Source: Trueperaceae bacterium (lineage in GTDB: Bacteria > Deinococcota > Deinococci > Deinococcales > Trueperaceae). Taken from it: 64,000 nucleotides of DNA. The translations under genes and the position numbers were made by a program. Position 1 is the stretch's first letter. The number at the start of each line of letters is the position of its first letter. Below the pieces are notes generated by a model. That model worked only from the letters and a program-made list of their open reading frames with translations, had not been told where the DNA came from and made no database searches. This document shows positions 10,280 through 19,176 of this stretch, in pieces. The stretch spans positions 3,488,001 to 3,552,000 of the forward strand of contig CBDCDZ010000004.1 of NCBI GenBank assembly GCA_965215565.1. Direction: 5' to 3'.

Positions 10280-10326
10280 AGGGACTCCGTTAAAATGAGC
10301 AGTGGTCTATTCTAAGCGGATTAGTT

Positions 10327-10437
10327 TAGCAATTCCAAATCACACTGAGACGGATGAGCGCAGGTATCATCCCTTAAAATACGTGCTAGACATCGTTTTA
10401 CAAAGTGAGAGTATCTCTGACCAGATAATACCTGCTA
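10327..10437 (-). repeat. Family A 111-bp TA-bounded structured repeat
   Basis: TAGCAATTCC...CCTGCTA, 111 bp, aligns with copies at 15363, 44530, 44928 and 54213. Confidence 0.9.
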
Positions 10438-10441
10438 CTTT

Positions 10442-10855
10442 ATGAATAATGCAGTAAACCCTACCGCCTTGCGGCTCGCACCGGGCGCAGACCTTAAAGG
10501 TGCGCTGCTCGAGCTTACCAAGGCGCGTGCGCTAAGAGCGGGCATCGTCTTGACGTGCGTCGGTAGCTTGGCGGAGGCGTCGTTGCGCTTTGCAGGACAA
10601 GATGAGACGACGACGCTGCTGGGTCCTTTTGAAATCCTGTCGCTCGTCGGGACGCTCTCCCCCGAGGGCGTCCACCTGCACATCGCCTTAGCGGACAAGG
10701 AGGGTAGAACGGTAGGCGGACACGTGCAAGGAGGCTGCCTGGTCTACACAACCGCAGAACTCGTCGTTGGTGAACTGAGCGGGATGACGTTTTTGCGCAC
10801 CTTTGATACCGTGACGGGCTACGAAGAATTAGAGGTGCGGGGCGGAAAAGCGTGA
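10442..10855 (+). CDS. PPC domain (DUF296) protein
   Basis: LRL.PG.DL, TCVGSL, FEILSLVGT, HLH, GGH, TTAE. Confidence 0.9.
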   Translation: MNNAVNPTALRLAPGADLKGALLELTKARALRAGIVLTCVGSLAEASLRFAGQDETTTLLGPFEILSLVGTLSPEGVHLHIALADKEGRTVGGHVQGGCLVYTTAELVVGELSGMTFLRTFDTVTGYEELEVRGGKA

Positions 10856-11877
10856 AGGTCAACTTTGGGTAGGGAGAGCTTGATCTCCTCCCCTGGGGCG
10901 AGACCAGAGCGGCGCACCTCCGTTTCGGGCAGAAGAACCTCTATAGCACCGCACCCTCGAACTCGGCAGGTGAGCAGCGCGTCTTTGCCCTGCAAAGAGG
11001 TCTGCAAAAGCGTTGCGTTCAAAACGTTATCGCGCGCATCTTCTCCTCGAGCCACCACCCGCACCCGCTCGGGGCGGATGCCGAGAGAAGAGGTCTGAGC
11101 GGGCTGGGAAAGCGCTAAGACCGCCTCGCCCCACTTGACCCGCGTTCCGCCCAACGGTTCGACCTCTAAAAGGTTGCCCATTCCGACGAGTTTAGCGACG
11201 CTCTCGCTCACAGGATGGTGCATGACCTCTTGCGCACTGCCAAGTTGCACCACGCGCCCTGCCTCGTAGACCGCGAGCGTATCGGCGAGCATTGTCGCTT
11301 CGCTGAGGTCGTGGGTGACCAAAACGAGCGGCATGTCCAGATGGCTCAAGAGGTCTGACACGCGGCGGCGCAAGGTGGCGCGGACGAGGTCATCCAAGGC
11401 GGCGAAAGGTTCGTCTAAAAGTAAAAGGCGCGGCTCCGAAGCGAGGGCGCGCGCTAACGCCACGCGCTGCTGCTGTCCGCCGGAGAGTTCGTGCGGATAG
11501 CGCGAGGAGAGGTTGGAGAGTTCCATCTGGCTGAGCCAGTCTTGCGCGCGCCCCCGCCCCAACCTCTTGTTGCGAAAGCTGTACGCCACGTTATGCAGCG
11601 CCGTGAGGTGTGGGAAGAGGTGGTAGCCCTGCGCGACGTAGCCGATGCGCCGCCGCTGCGGTTTGAGGTCTATCTTCTGTGACGAATCGAAAAGGGATAC
11701 GCCGTTTATACGAATTACCCCGCGCTCCGGTGTGAGCAGCCCAGCGATCGCCTCCAACGTCAAACTCTTGCCCGAGCCTGACGCGCCGAAGAGCGCCAAG
11801 CGAGAACTTGTCGTGCGAAACGAGGGCCCTAACCTAAACCCCTCTAACGTGGCGCGGATATCTAGCTCTAAGCTCAT
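10819..11877 (-). CDS. modC: Molybdate ABC transporter ATP-binding protein
   Basis: Walker A GASGSGKS, LSGGQQQRV, LLLLDEP, TOBE tail; start taken at the ATG overlapping the modB stop. Confidence 0.85.
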   Translation of the reverse strand: MSLELDIRATLEGFRLGPSFRTTSSRLALFGASGSGKSLTLEAIAGLLTPERGVIRINGVSLFDSSQKIDLKPQRRRIGYVAQGYHLFPHLTALHNVAYSFRNKRLGRGRAQDWLSQMELSNLSSRYPHELSGGQQQRVALARALASEPRLLLLDEPFAALDDLVRATLRRRVSDLLSHLDMPLVLVTHDLSEATMLADTLAVYEAGRVVQLGSAQEVMHHPVSESVAKLVGMGNLLEVEPLGGTRVKWGEAVLALSQPAQTSSLGIRPERVRVVARGEDARDNVLNATLLQTSLQGKDALLTCRVRGCGAIEVLLPETEVRRSGLAPGEEIKLSLPKVDLHAFPPRTSNSS

Positions 11878-12644
11878 GACCGCATCACGTAGCTTCTGCG
11901 AATGAAGAGCCGAAAGAGAAAGAGGAGCAAAAACGCGCTCACCGTGAGGACGGCTGAGAGGGCTAGTGCTGCGTCTAAGTCGCTCTCCAACGCTGCATAA
12001 ATCGCCAGCGGCATCGTGCGCGTGCGCCCTGCGAACGAGCCCGCGAAGACCACCGTCGCGCCGAACTCGCCTAATGCCCGCGCCCACGCCAGCACGATTC
12101 CTTCGATCAAATACGGAACGACTAAAGGCAGCGTCACCCGCACGAACGTCTCGTAGCGGCTCATCCCGAGCGTCAGCGAGACGGCTTCCAACCTCTTGGG
12201 TACGGACGTAAAACCCGCTTTCATCGCGCGGATGAAAAGGGGTGAGGCGCTGAAAAGTTGCGCCAGAACCACCGCCGAGGCGGAGAAGGCGACGCTCAGC
12301 TCGAGTTCCGCCAACACGCCGCCCAATAGCCCACGCCGTCCGAACACAAGGAGTAACCCGACGCCCGCCACCACGGGCGGCAACACAAGCGGTAAATCCA
12401 AAAGCGTATCCAAAAGCCGGTGCCCCGGAAAGCGGTAACGCGCCAAAAGGTACGCGGTTGGCGTGCCCAAAAGGAGCGTGAGGAGGAGGCTGATACTCGT
12501 CGTGACGAGGCTGAGCCGTAAGGCCTGCAGCGCGGCGGGCTCTAAAAGTGCGCCCATCAGCGCGGGGTTAAGGGCGCGTAAAAGCAGCGCGAGCGTCGGT
12601 AGAACGAGGAGCGCCCCCATCACCACGCTCGCTACAGTAGGCAA
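11874..12644 (-). CDS. modB: Molybdate ABC transporter permease
   Basis: LPLVLPPVVAG, WARALGEFGAT, T.TMPLAIY. Confidence 0.9.
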   Translation of the reverse strand: MPTVASVVMGALLVLPTLALLLRALNPALMGALLEPAALQALRLSLVTTSISLLLTLLLGTPTAYLLARYRFPGHRLLDTLLDLPLVLPPVVAGVGLLLVFGRRGLLGGVLAELELSVAFSASAVVLAQLFSASPLFIRAMKAGFTSVPKRLEAVSLTLGMSRYETFVRVTLPLVVPYLIEGIVLAWARALGEFGATVVFAGSFAGRTRTMPLAIYAALESDLDAALALSAVLTVSAFLLLFLFRLFIRRSYVMRS

Positions 12645-12657
12645 AAGGGGCGGGAGG

Positions 12658-13404
12658 TTAGGGCTGCGCAGGGGAGAAGCCTCGCTCTGCTAAAATTCCT
12701 TGAGCGCTCGTCTGGACGAATTCGGCGAACGCCGAGGCTAACTCGGGTTGCTTACTATCCTCTAAAACCGCAATAGGATAACGCGCTGCAACGTTGTAGG
12801 CGGCTGGAATCTCGAGCACCTCAACCCCTCTCAGCGCCGCCGCGTCCGTCGCGTAGACGAGCGCCGCGTCCGCCTCGCCGAGTCCTACTTTCGCTGCGAC
12901 TTGCCGCACGTTCGTCTCCTCGGAGACGAGGTTCGCCAAAACGCGCTCCGAAAAGTCCGCGCCGTACCTTTCGTTCAAGTTTTCTAAAACGCTAAGCGCG
13001 TAGCGCCCCGCCGGTACGTTCGGTCCTGCCAGAACGAGCAACGCCCCTGGCTCGGCGAGGTCTTGGAGCGTTTCGACGGGCGAATCTTTTGGCGTAACTA
13101 CGACCAAACGGTTCTGCGCGAAGGTCTGCGGCGCACCGCTCAGCAGCCCCGCTTCTGCCACCACCTCCATCTGCGCTTCGTCCGCGCTGGCAAAGACGTC
13201 GGCGGGTGCGCCCTGCACAATCTGTGTGCTCAAGGTGGACGAGCCCGCGAAGTTGAGAATAACGTCCACGTCATGTTCTGCCGCAAACGCTGCCGCAACC
13301 TCTTCAAATGACTCGGTGAGGCTCGAGGCGGCAAACACCACCAACTCTTGCGCGTGAGTCAAATGAGTTGATAAGAGCAGGAGAATCAAGAGGATGAAAC
13401 GCAC
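12658..13404 (-). CDS. modA: Molybdate ABC transporter substrate-binding protein
   Basis: Signal peptide, VFAASSL, FAGSSTL..QI.QGAPADVFASAD, VPAGRYA. Confidence 0.92.
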   Translation of the reverse strand: MRFILLILLLLSTHLTHAQELVVFAASSLTESFEEVAAAFAAEHDVDVILNFAGSSTLSTQIVQGAPADVFASADEAQMEVVAEAGLLSGAPQTFAQNRLVVVTPKDSPVETLQDLAEPGALLVLAGPNVPAGRYALSVLENLNERYGADFSERVLANLVSEETNVRQVAAKVGLGEADAALVYATDAAALRGVEVLEIPAAYNVAARYPIAVLEDSKQPELASAFAEFVQTSAQGILAERGFSPAQP

Positions 13405-13443
13405 AACCGACTATATCAAGCTGTTCTAAAAGAAGCGGCTCAG

Positions 13444-13465
13444 GTTTGACACGAGTTTGACACGA
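13444..13465. promoter_or_regulatory. Tandem 11-bp direct repeat upstream of modA
   Basis: GTTTGACACGA x2, 40 bp from the modA start. Confidence 0.4.
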
Positions 13466-13470
13466 AGAGG

Positions 13471-13980
13471 TTAAGACTCCTCCACGTCGCTTTGAGGGAC
13501 GCGGTTTTGCTCGGGCCTACCTAGCAGTCCCATCAGGTTGTCCATACCCAAGAGGAGCCCCAAACCTAGCGTGAGCCTCACCGCTCCGCTGACGGGCCGT
13601 ACGAAGCTATTCGTGAAGCCTGCCGGTGCGAACAGACCGTCCGCGATGACCTGCAACACGTCGGCGGCTCCTTGCACTGCAAAAATAAGCCCGACCACCG
13701 AAAAGGCTAAACGCTGCACCTGCTGAAACGAGAGCGCGCCGATGTTTACGTCGCTAGGGTTGGGCGTGAGCCAGGTGGCAATGCGGGGCGCGTAACGCCA
13801 CAGCGTGAACGCAACGCCGAGGGTAACGAGAGTGTTCACGGCGTAAGAGGTGACGAAAAGAAGCGCCTCTTCCGTGCCGAAAAGCGAAGGAATCATCCAG
13901 GTGAGAGAGGTCAGCGTAATGAGAACGAAGTAGAGCGCTAGAACGCGGCAGGAGAGGGCGGAGAGGTCTCGCGTGTCCAT
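13471..13980 (-). CDS. Hypothetical membrane protein (4 TM)
   Basis: Hydrophobic ORF; start placed at ATG 13980, 6 nt after CATAAT. Confidence 0.7.
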   Translation of the reverse strand: MDTRDLSALSCRVLALYFVLITLTSLTWMIPSLFGTEEALLFVTSYAVNTLVTLGVAFTLWRYAPRIATWLTPNPSDVNIGALSFQQVQRLAFSVVGLIFAVQGAADVLQVIADGLFAPAGFTNSFVRPVSGAVRLTLGLGLLLGMDNLMGLLGRPEQNRVPQSDVEES

Positions 13981-13987
13981 ACCTCGA

Positions 13988-14254
13988 TTATGGTGCAGAG
14001 GGCGGTTTAGAAACAACTCGAGCCGCTAGAAAGTCTGCCTTGCGCCAAAGTAATGAAATCGCCACAAGGTAGATGACGATATTGGTGCCGAGGAGCGCAA
14101 GCGCGACGAGCACCGTGCTATCAAGTTCTGTCCCCGTCAATGATAGAGGAAGCAAAGATGCTGCAATCATGCTAGGCAGAGATAAGGCAAGTTGAACGAA
14201 AAAGTAGAGCGCTAGGAGCCGACAGGCGGTTTTGGCAAAGGTATAGATGTCCAC
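13988..14254 (-). CDS. Hypothetical membrane protein (2 TM), paralog of the N-terminal half of 13471-13980
   Basis: MDIYTFAKTACRLLALYF versus MDTRDLSALSCRVLALYF; both carry LWR.A..[IL]A. Confidence 0.6.
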   Translation of the reverse strand: MDIYTFAKTACRLLALYFFVQLALSLPSMIAASLLPLSLTGTELDSTVLVALALLGTNIVIYLVAISLLWRKADFLAARVVSKPPSAP

Positions 14255-14310
14255 CTTCCAATTTTAGGAAAGGTGGGTAGACAAAGTTGAGAATTATTCC
14301 CTGTGTGCTC

Positions 14311-15342
14311 TCACTCCCCAAACATCATCCGCACGGGCACAGGCTCGCGGTTCTTTTCGCTCACATCCGCCCACGTCCAGCCCGCGCACCGCAGCATGGT
14401 GTGGAGTCTGGCGCGGCGCTCTGCGTAGCGCGCCAACCGCTCGTTGGCCTCTTCGCCATAGGTATCTAAAGGGTTATCCACAGACTTATCCACAGGCTTA
14501 TCCACAAGCGAAAAATCAGGTAGAGGCGGCGTTTCGTGCGTGAATTCCACAAAGACCTCTTCTAAGCTCGAGACAAAACCCGCCACCGCCCGCCTCGAGA
14601 CTGTAAAGTGCTCGTCTCGTTGGACAGTGTCGGTGCATTCGAGCAGCGTTAAAACCTCGTCCAACATCGCCACCGCTAAAACGAGCGCGTAAGCGGGTTC
14701 TTTCGCACCTGAAAAGTGCAGCGCGGGGTAGCGGCGGTGGGTGTGCTCCAAGGTCACGAGCATCGGGGCGAGCGTGCTCAAGATGGGAACTGTCTTATCC
14801 TCTTTGCGCCAGATGCGGTCTAGTAACCTCTCCGGCGTATCCCCTAAGTGGTGAATGTAGAGCGCCAAGCGCCGCCGCTGCATCTCGCCCTGGACCATCG
14901 GCACGAAGAACGAGATGATGAGCGTGATCAAAAAGAAGCTGCTCAAAGAGGCGAAGGCGGTCAAGACCTGGTAGAACTGCGTGCCCGGTTGGTAGTCGCC
15001 GATGCCCAACGTTGAGAGGGTGTAGCCGCTGAAGTAGACGCGCGACCAGAAGGGCGCGGGGTTGCCGGAGGAGCCTTCTAGGACAGCTTGGGGTGAACTG
15101 GTGAAGATGATGAGCCAGCCCAGCCAAAGGACCAAAAACCAAGCGGCGACGGTGCATAGAATCGTGACCATGCCGAGTTGCGGAAGAGGTTGCTCTAAGC
15201 CTCCCTTACGCTGCACCAAGCGGCTCGCACACCAGGTCACAGCCATCGCGACGGGCCCGCCGCCCGTCATGGTGATGGTGGCAACCATCTCCACGGCGAT
15301 AGCGAGGACGACGCTTAAACCTACGAGAACGCCTAGTATCAT
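14311..15342 (-). CDS. Potassium channel family protein (Ion_trans_2)
   Basis: Pore helix/filter YFSGYTLSTLGIGD between TM helices. Confidence 0.85.
   Translation of the reverse strand: MILGVLVGLSVVLAIAVEMVATITMTGGGPVAMAVTWCASRLVQRKGGLEQPLPQLGMVTILCTVAAWFLVLWLGWLIIFTSSPQAVLEGSSGNPAPFWSRVYFSGYTLSTLGIGDYQPGTQFYQVLTAFASLSSFFLITLIISFFVPMVQGEMQRRRLALYIHHLGDTPERLLDRIWRKEDKTVPILSTLAPMLVTLEHTHRRYPALHFSGAKEPAYALVLAVAMLDEVLTLLECTDTVQRDEHFTVSRRAVAGFVSSLEEVFVEFTHETPPLPDFSLVDKPVDKSVDNPLDTYGEEANERLARYAERRARLHTMLRCAGWTWADVSEKNREPVPVRMMFGE
14474..14506 (+). promoter_or_regulatory. Three tandem consensus DnaA boxes inside the K+ channel CDS
   Basis: TTATCCACA at 14474, 14486 and 14498 (12-bp period). Confidence 0.5.
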
Positions 15343-15362
15343 CTCGGCATTATAGGGTGTAG

Positions 15363-15473
15363 TAGCAGTTCTAAGACATACTGAGACGGATGAGCGCAGA
15401 TATCATCTCCGAATGTGCGTGCTAGACACCGCTTTGCATAGTGAGAGTGTCTCAAACCAGATGATACCTGCTA
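15363..15473 (-). repeat. Family A 111-bp repeat
   Basis: TAGCAGTTCTAAGAC...GATGATACCTGCTA. Confidence 0.9.
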
Positions 15474-15490
15474 TAGCAAGGAAGGGCGCG

Positions 15491-16072
15491 CTAGACAAGC
15501 CCCTTAGCTAAAACGCTCACCGCCCGCGCCACTACCTCTTCACGCTGCGCCGAGTCGGTGAGCTTAGGCACCTGTTTTTCAATCGTCAGCTTAGCGAGTC
15601 CGTGCAGCGCCGCCCAAACGACGGCGCTGTCCACATACGAATCGCCGTCCAAGCGCTCAACACTCTGCAAGAGCGCCCCGTAAGCCCGTTTCGACGCAGC
15701 GTAGAGCCCTTCGTTTTTCATCCGCGCCTCAGCCGGGATGAGTGCGAACATGACGCGGGTCAGCTCGGGATTCTCGAGCGCAAAGCCGATATAAGCGTCG
15801 GCTAAAGAGCGAAGTTTAGACTCTAAGCCGCCTTCACCTCTTTCAATATTCCCGTGCAGCGCGTTCGCAAGTTCCTCAAACCCTTCTCGCGCGACAGCCT
15901 CGAGTAATACCTTTTTGCTCGCGAAGTGCCGATACACTGCCGGATGCGTCACGCCGACCTCTCGAGCTAACGCTCGCAGGTTGAGTGCCGCCGCACCCCC
16001 TTTTGCAATCTGCGCCCGCGCCGCACGCACAAGTGCATTTTTCAAATCTCCATGATGATAGTCGCCGCTCAA
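15491..16072 (-). CDS. TetR/AcrR family regulator (WHG-type C-terminus)
   Basis: YHHGDL, LR.LAREVGVT..AVYRHF, WAALHG. Confidence 0.92.
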   Translation of the reverse strand: MSGDYHHGDLKNALVRAARAQIAKGGAAALNLRALAREVGVTHPAVYRHFASKKVLLEAVAREGFEELANALHGNIERGEGGLESKLRSLADAYIGFALENPELTRVMFALIPAEARMKNEGLYAASKRAYGALLQSVERLDGDSYVDSAVVWAALHGLAKLTIEKQVPKLTDSAQREEVVARAVSVLAKGLV

Positions 16073-16101
16073 AATTCAGACCTCTTGTCTTCCAGGATAC
16101 A

Positions 16102-16151
16102 ATGTTACCGTCGGTTACATAAGATACTCAGCATTAGTTACCAAAGGTAAC
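16102..16151. promoter_or_regulatory. Two putative TetR operators
   Basis: ATGTTACC-GTC-GGTTACAT (16102-16120) and GTTACC-AAA-GGTAAC (16137-16151) between divergent tetR and SDR. Confidence 0.65.
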
Positions 16152-16198
16152 ATGTTCGAGAGGTCACGTGGAATCTCTTGAAAGTTCTCGAGAGGTAG

Positions 16199-17098
16199 GT
16201 GCGTATGCAGGGCAAGACGGTTGTGGTAACAGGTGCGACGAACGGTATCGGTGAGGCGATTGCGGAGGATTTGGCGGGCAAGGGTGCAAATCTCGTCATC
16301 GTCAGTCGGAACGAGGCGAAGTGCGCTGAAACAGCGAAGCGTATCAGCGAGAGGACGGGAAACCCGAACGTCACCTACTACATCGCTGACTTATCCGCGC
16401 AGGGAGAGGTACGCGACCTCGCGGATAAGCTGAACGACAACCTTGCGCGGCTCGATGTCCTCGTCAACAACGCGGGCGCATGGTTCACGGAACGCAAACT
16501 CAGCGCTGACGGTATCGAGATGACTTGGGCGCTCAATTACCTCAACTATTTTTTACTGACGCACGAGTTGACCGACCTCTTGAAGCGAACAGCGAAAGCG
16601 CACGGCGAAGCGCGAATCATCAACCAAGCCTCGAGTTCTCACTTGGAGGGCGAGATGCACTGGGATGACCTCGAGTTCGAAGCGGGTTGGGACACAAAAG
16701 GCAAAGGCAGCGTCGGGCCGGGTTGGGGCGTCTACAGCCAGAGCAAGCTGGCGAACGTCATGCACGCTTTTGCGCTAGCGCGTCGCTTAGAAGGTACGGG
16801 CGTTGTCGCTAACGCAGTTCACCCTGGCGTGGTGGTGACGGGTTTCGCTGCAAACAATGGTCTCTTCTATAAGCTGATGGCTCCCATGAGGCGGCTGTAC
16901 AACCGGAGCAGACCTCGAGACGGGGCAGAACCCGCAATTTATTTGGCTTCCGCACCCGAAGCCGCTACCATCACGGGCGCGTACTACGGACCGCCTCGTC
17001 AGCACGAAGAGGTCAATCCTATTGCGAACGATTCAAAGGCGCAAGAGCGGTTGTGGAACGTCTCTTTGGATTGTGTTGGCGCTGCTAAAGTCGCCTGA
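16199..17098 (+). CDS. SDR family oxidoreductase (retinol dehydrogenase-like)
   Basis: TGATNGIG, NNAG, YSQSK, VHPG. Confidence 0.92.
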   Translation: MRMQGKTVVVTGATNGIGEAIAEDLAGKGANLVIVSRNEAKCAETAKRISERTGNPNVTYYIADLSAQGEVRDLADKLNDNLARLDVLVNNAGAWFTERKLSADGIEMTWALNYLNYFLLTHELTDLLKRTAKAHGEARIINQASSSHLEGEMHWDDLEFEAGWDTKGKGSVGPGWGVYSQSKLANVMHAFALARRLEGTGVVANAVHPGVVVTGFAANNGLFYKLMAPMRRLYNRSRPRDGAEPAIYLASAPEAATITGAYYGPPRQHEEVNPIANDSKAQERLWNVSLDCVGAAKVA

Positions 17099-17186
17099 TG
17101 ACGTTTTTAGTGGTGAGGCTCGAGCTACTACTCGTCACCCGCTACCGCCACGTGTTCGCGCCCTTTTTCCAAGCAAAGGAGAAACT

Positions 17187-17591
17187 ATGAAACGCGGCTT
17201 ACAAGTTTTGCTCGGTATGCTCAGCCTTATTCCGCTCCTAGTCGCCTCTTTGGGCTTACTTTTCGGCGCGGGCAGGTTCGTACCCGAAGAGGTCATCACG
17301 CCAGATTTTGACAGCCACTACCGCTACATCACCGGGTACTACCTCTCGCTGACGCTGTTCGCCTGGTGGGTCATCCCTAGTATCGAAAGACACGTGGTCC
17401 CGCTACGCATCGTCAGCGCTGCTATTTTTACGGGCGGCGTCGGGCGGCTCGTATCGATGCTCGAGGTAGGGTTGCCTAGCTCGGTTGATATCGGTTTTAC
17501 GGCGCTCGAGCTGCTCTTTCCGCTGCTGCTCATCTGGCAAGCGAGGCTGCCCGAGAGGAGAGTGGAGCGGTCCCTTTCAGCTCGAGCGTAG
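17187..17591 (+). CDS. DUF4345-like membrane protein
   Basis: AAGGAG RBS; DSHYRY, GG.GRL.S, ELL.P. Confidence 0.75.
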   Translation: MKRGLQVLLGMLSLIPLLVASLGLLFGAGRFVPEEVITPDFDSHYRYITGYYLSLTLFAWWVIPSIERHVVPLRIVSAAIFTGGVGRLVSMLEVGLPSSVDIGFTALELLFPLLLIWQARLPERRVERSLSARA

Positions 17592-17649
17592 ACCCTTTAG
17601 GAGAGTAGACTGGACGCTCGGGCGGGCGAATTCAGAAGAGGAGTCATCT

Positions 17650-18357
17650 ATGAGCACCATCACGGATACTATCGCACTCGTCACGGGTGGCAATAGAGGT
17701 ATCGGCCTCGAGGTCTGCCGCCAACTCGCCCAAAAGGACTACGCCGTCATCCTCGGCTCGAGGGACGCTGCAAGAGGTGAAGAGGCCGCGAAGAGGTTGC
17801 GGGATGAAGGTTTGGACGTTACCGCCAAACAACTCGATGTGACGGATGAAAGCACGTTGCAAGACCTTTATAGGTGGCTTGAAGAAGAGTACGGACGTTT
17901 AGACGTGCTCGTCAACAACGCAGGTATCGACTACGACACCGCTCAAAACGTCCTGAGCGCTGACTTGGACAGAGTGCGACACGTTTTCAACGTGAACACG
18001 CTCGGACCTTGGCGCGTGGCGCAAGTCTTCGTACCTCTTCTTAAAAAGAGCGAGCACGCTCGGCTCGTCAACGTCTCCTCCGGTGCGGGTGCACTTCAAG
18101 GTATGTCGGGCGGCGCGCCTGCCTGTAGCCTGTCCAAAGCAGCTTTGAACGCCCTCACGCTGATGCTCTCCGCTGAGCTTAAAAGTAGCGGCGTGTTGGT
18201 CAACGCGGCGGGTCCGGGCTGGGTGGCAACTGACATGGGCGGCTCGGGCGGACGCCCCATCCAGGACGGCGGCGCGAGCGTCGTATGGGTCGCCACCTTG
18301 CCCGATGATGGACCGACGGGGGGCTTTTTCCGGGATGGGAAGCGGGTAGAGTGGTGA
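17650..18357 (+). CDS. SDR family carbonyl reductase-like protein (catalytic Tyr replaced by Cys)
   Basis: TGGNRGIG, NNAG, CSLSK in place of YxxxK, PGWVATDMGG, GPTGGFF. Confidence 0.88.
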   Translation: MSTITDTIALVTGGNRGIGLEVCRQLAQKDYAVILGSRDAARGEEAAKRLRDEGLDVTAKQLDVTDESTLQDLYRWLEEEYGRLDVLVNNAGIDYDTAQNVLSADLDRVRHVFNVNTLGPWRVAQVFVPLLKKSEHARLVNVSSGAGALQGMSGGAPACSLSKAALNALTLMLSAELKSSGVLVNAAGPGWVATDMGGSGGRPIQDGGASVVWVATLPDDGPTGGFFRDGKRVEW

Positions 18358-18426
18358 AAGGCGAGAGAAAAGGATAAAGAGAAAAGTTTATACTTTCACC
18401 TTTATCCTTTTCTCTTTCACCTTCTT

Positions 18427-18996
18427 TTAGGGAACGACTTGCCCTCCCTGCCACTCACCTTTCTCGAGCCACCAGATAAACCTCTCTTGCGGGTCGCCGA
18501 GTTTCAGGTAATCCACGTGCTTAGGATACAAAATCATCAGCGCGAAGTGCTCGGGCGGTTTGGTCTGGTCCTCTACGTCCGTTGGCGTTTCCTCTACGGG
18601 TGTGCCGGGGGGCTGGCGCAAGAAGAGGCGGCGGTTCCCTTCGCCCTGCGACCACCACAGCTCTTGGCGGCGCTGACCCCAGGGGTGGTCCTCGCTCTGG
18701 ACGGTTTCGACTTCACCGCGCAAGCGGAACTGTTCGCTCGTGGGCTTCCACCAACTATGCAGCGACATCTGCGAGCCTGCTCTCAAAGCGCGGTGCTTAG
18801 CGCTTCTGGTGTCGCTAAAGAAGTAGGGGAAACCCGTTTCGTCCGCCAGACCTCTTAGTACAACCGTGCGCACCTCGGGCAGACCATCCGGCGAGACGGT
18901 GGCAAGTTGGATGAAGCGGTCTTTGTTTTTGTGAAAGGCGGTGCGCCATAAGGAGAGCCAGGGAGGGGTCATCTCTTTAGCATGGCGCTTACTCAC
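18427..18996 (-). CDS. Pyridoxamine 5'-phosphate oxidase family FMN-binding protein
   Basis: QLATV...G.P..RTVVLRG, D.RS.K, QFRLRG, VDYL.L. Confidence 0.85.
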   Translation of the reverse strand: MSKRHAKEMTPPWLSLWRTAFHKNKDRFIQLATVSPDGLPEVRTVVLRGLADETGFPYFFSDTRSAKHRALRAGSQMSLHSWWKPTSEQFRLRGEVETVQSEDHPWGQRRQELWWSQGEGNRRLFLRQPPGTPVEETPTDVEDQTKPPEHFALMILYPKHVDYLKLGDPQERFIWWLEKGEWQGGQVVP

Positions 18997-19176
18997 GGGC
19001 GGAGCAGCGCGCTAGCTGACACTTCAAAAGGTCCACCTGTAGCCTACGCCTAAGCGGAAGAATACGGGAATGACTGGACCTGAATCGCCCGGCTCGAGCC
19101 TCTCGAGCAAAAGGAACGGTTTTGAGCGGAATGCGCACCGAAAACCGCGTGACCTTGACAAAGGTATAATCCTTCT

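Noticed and set aside
14474..14506. Replication origin
   Set aside because: It lies inside a CDS, with no AT-rich unwinding element or dnaA/dnaN nearby.
19154..19169. TTGACA and TATAAT as a consensus promoter
   Set aside because: They are only 4 bp apart; only the -10 box is plausible.
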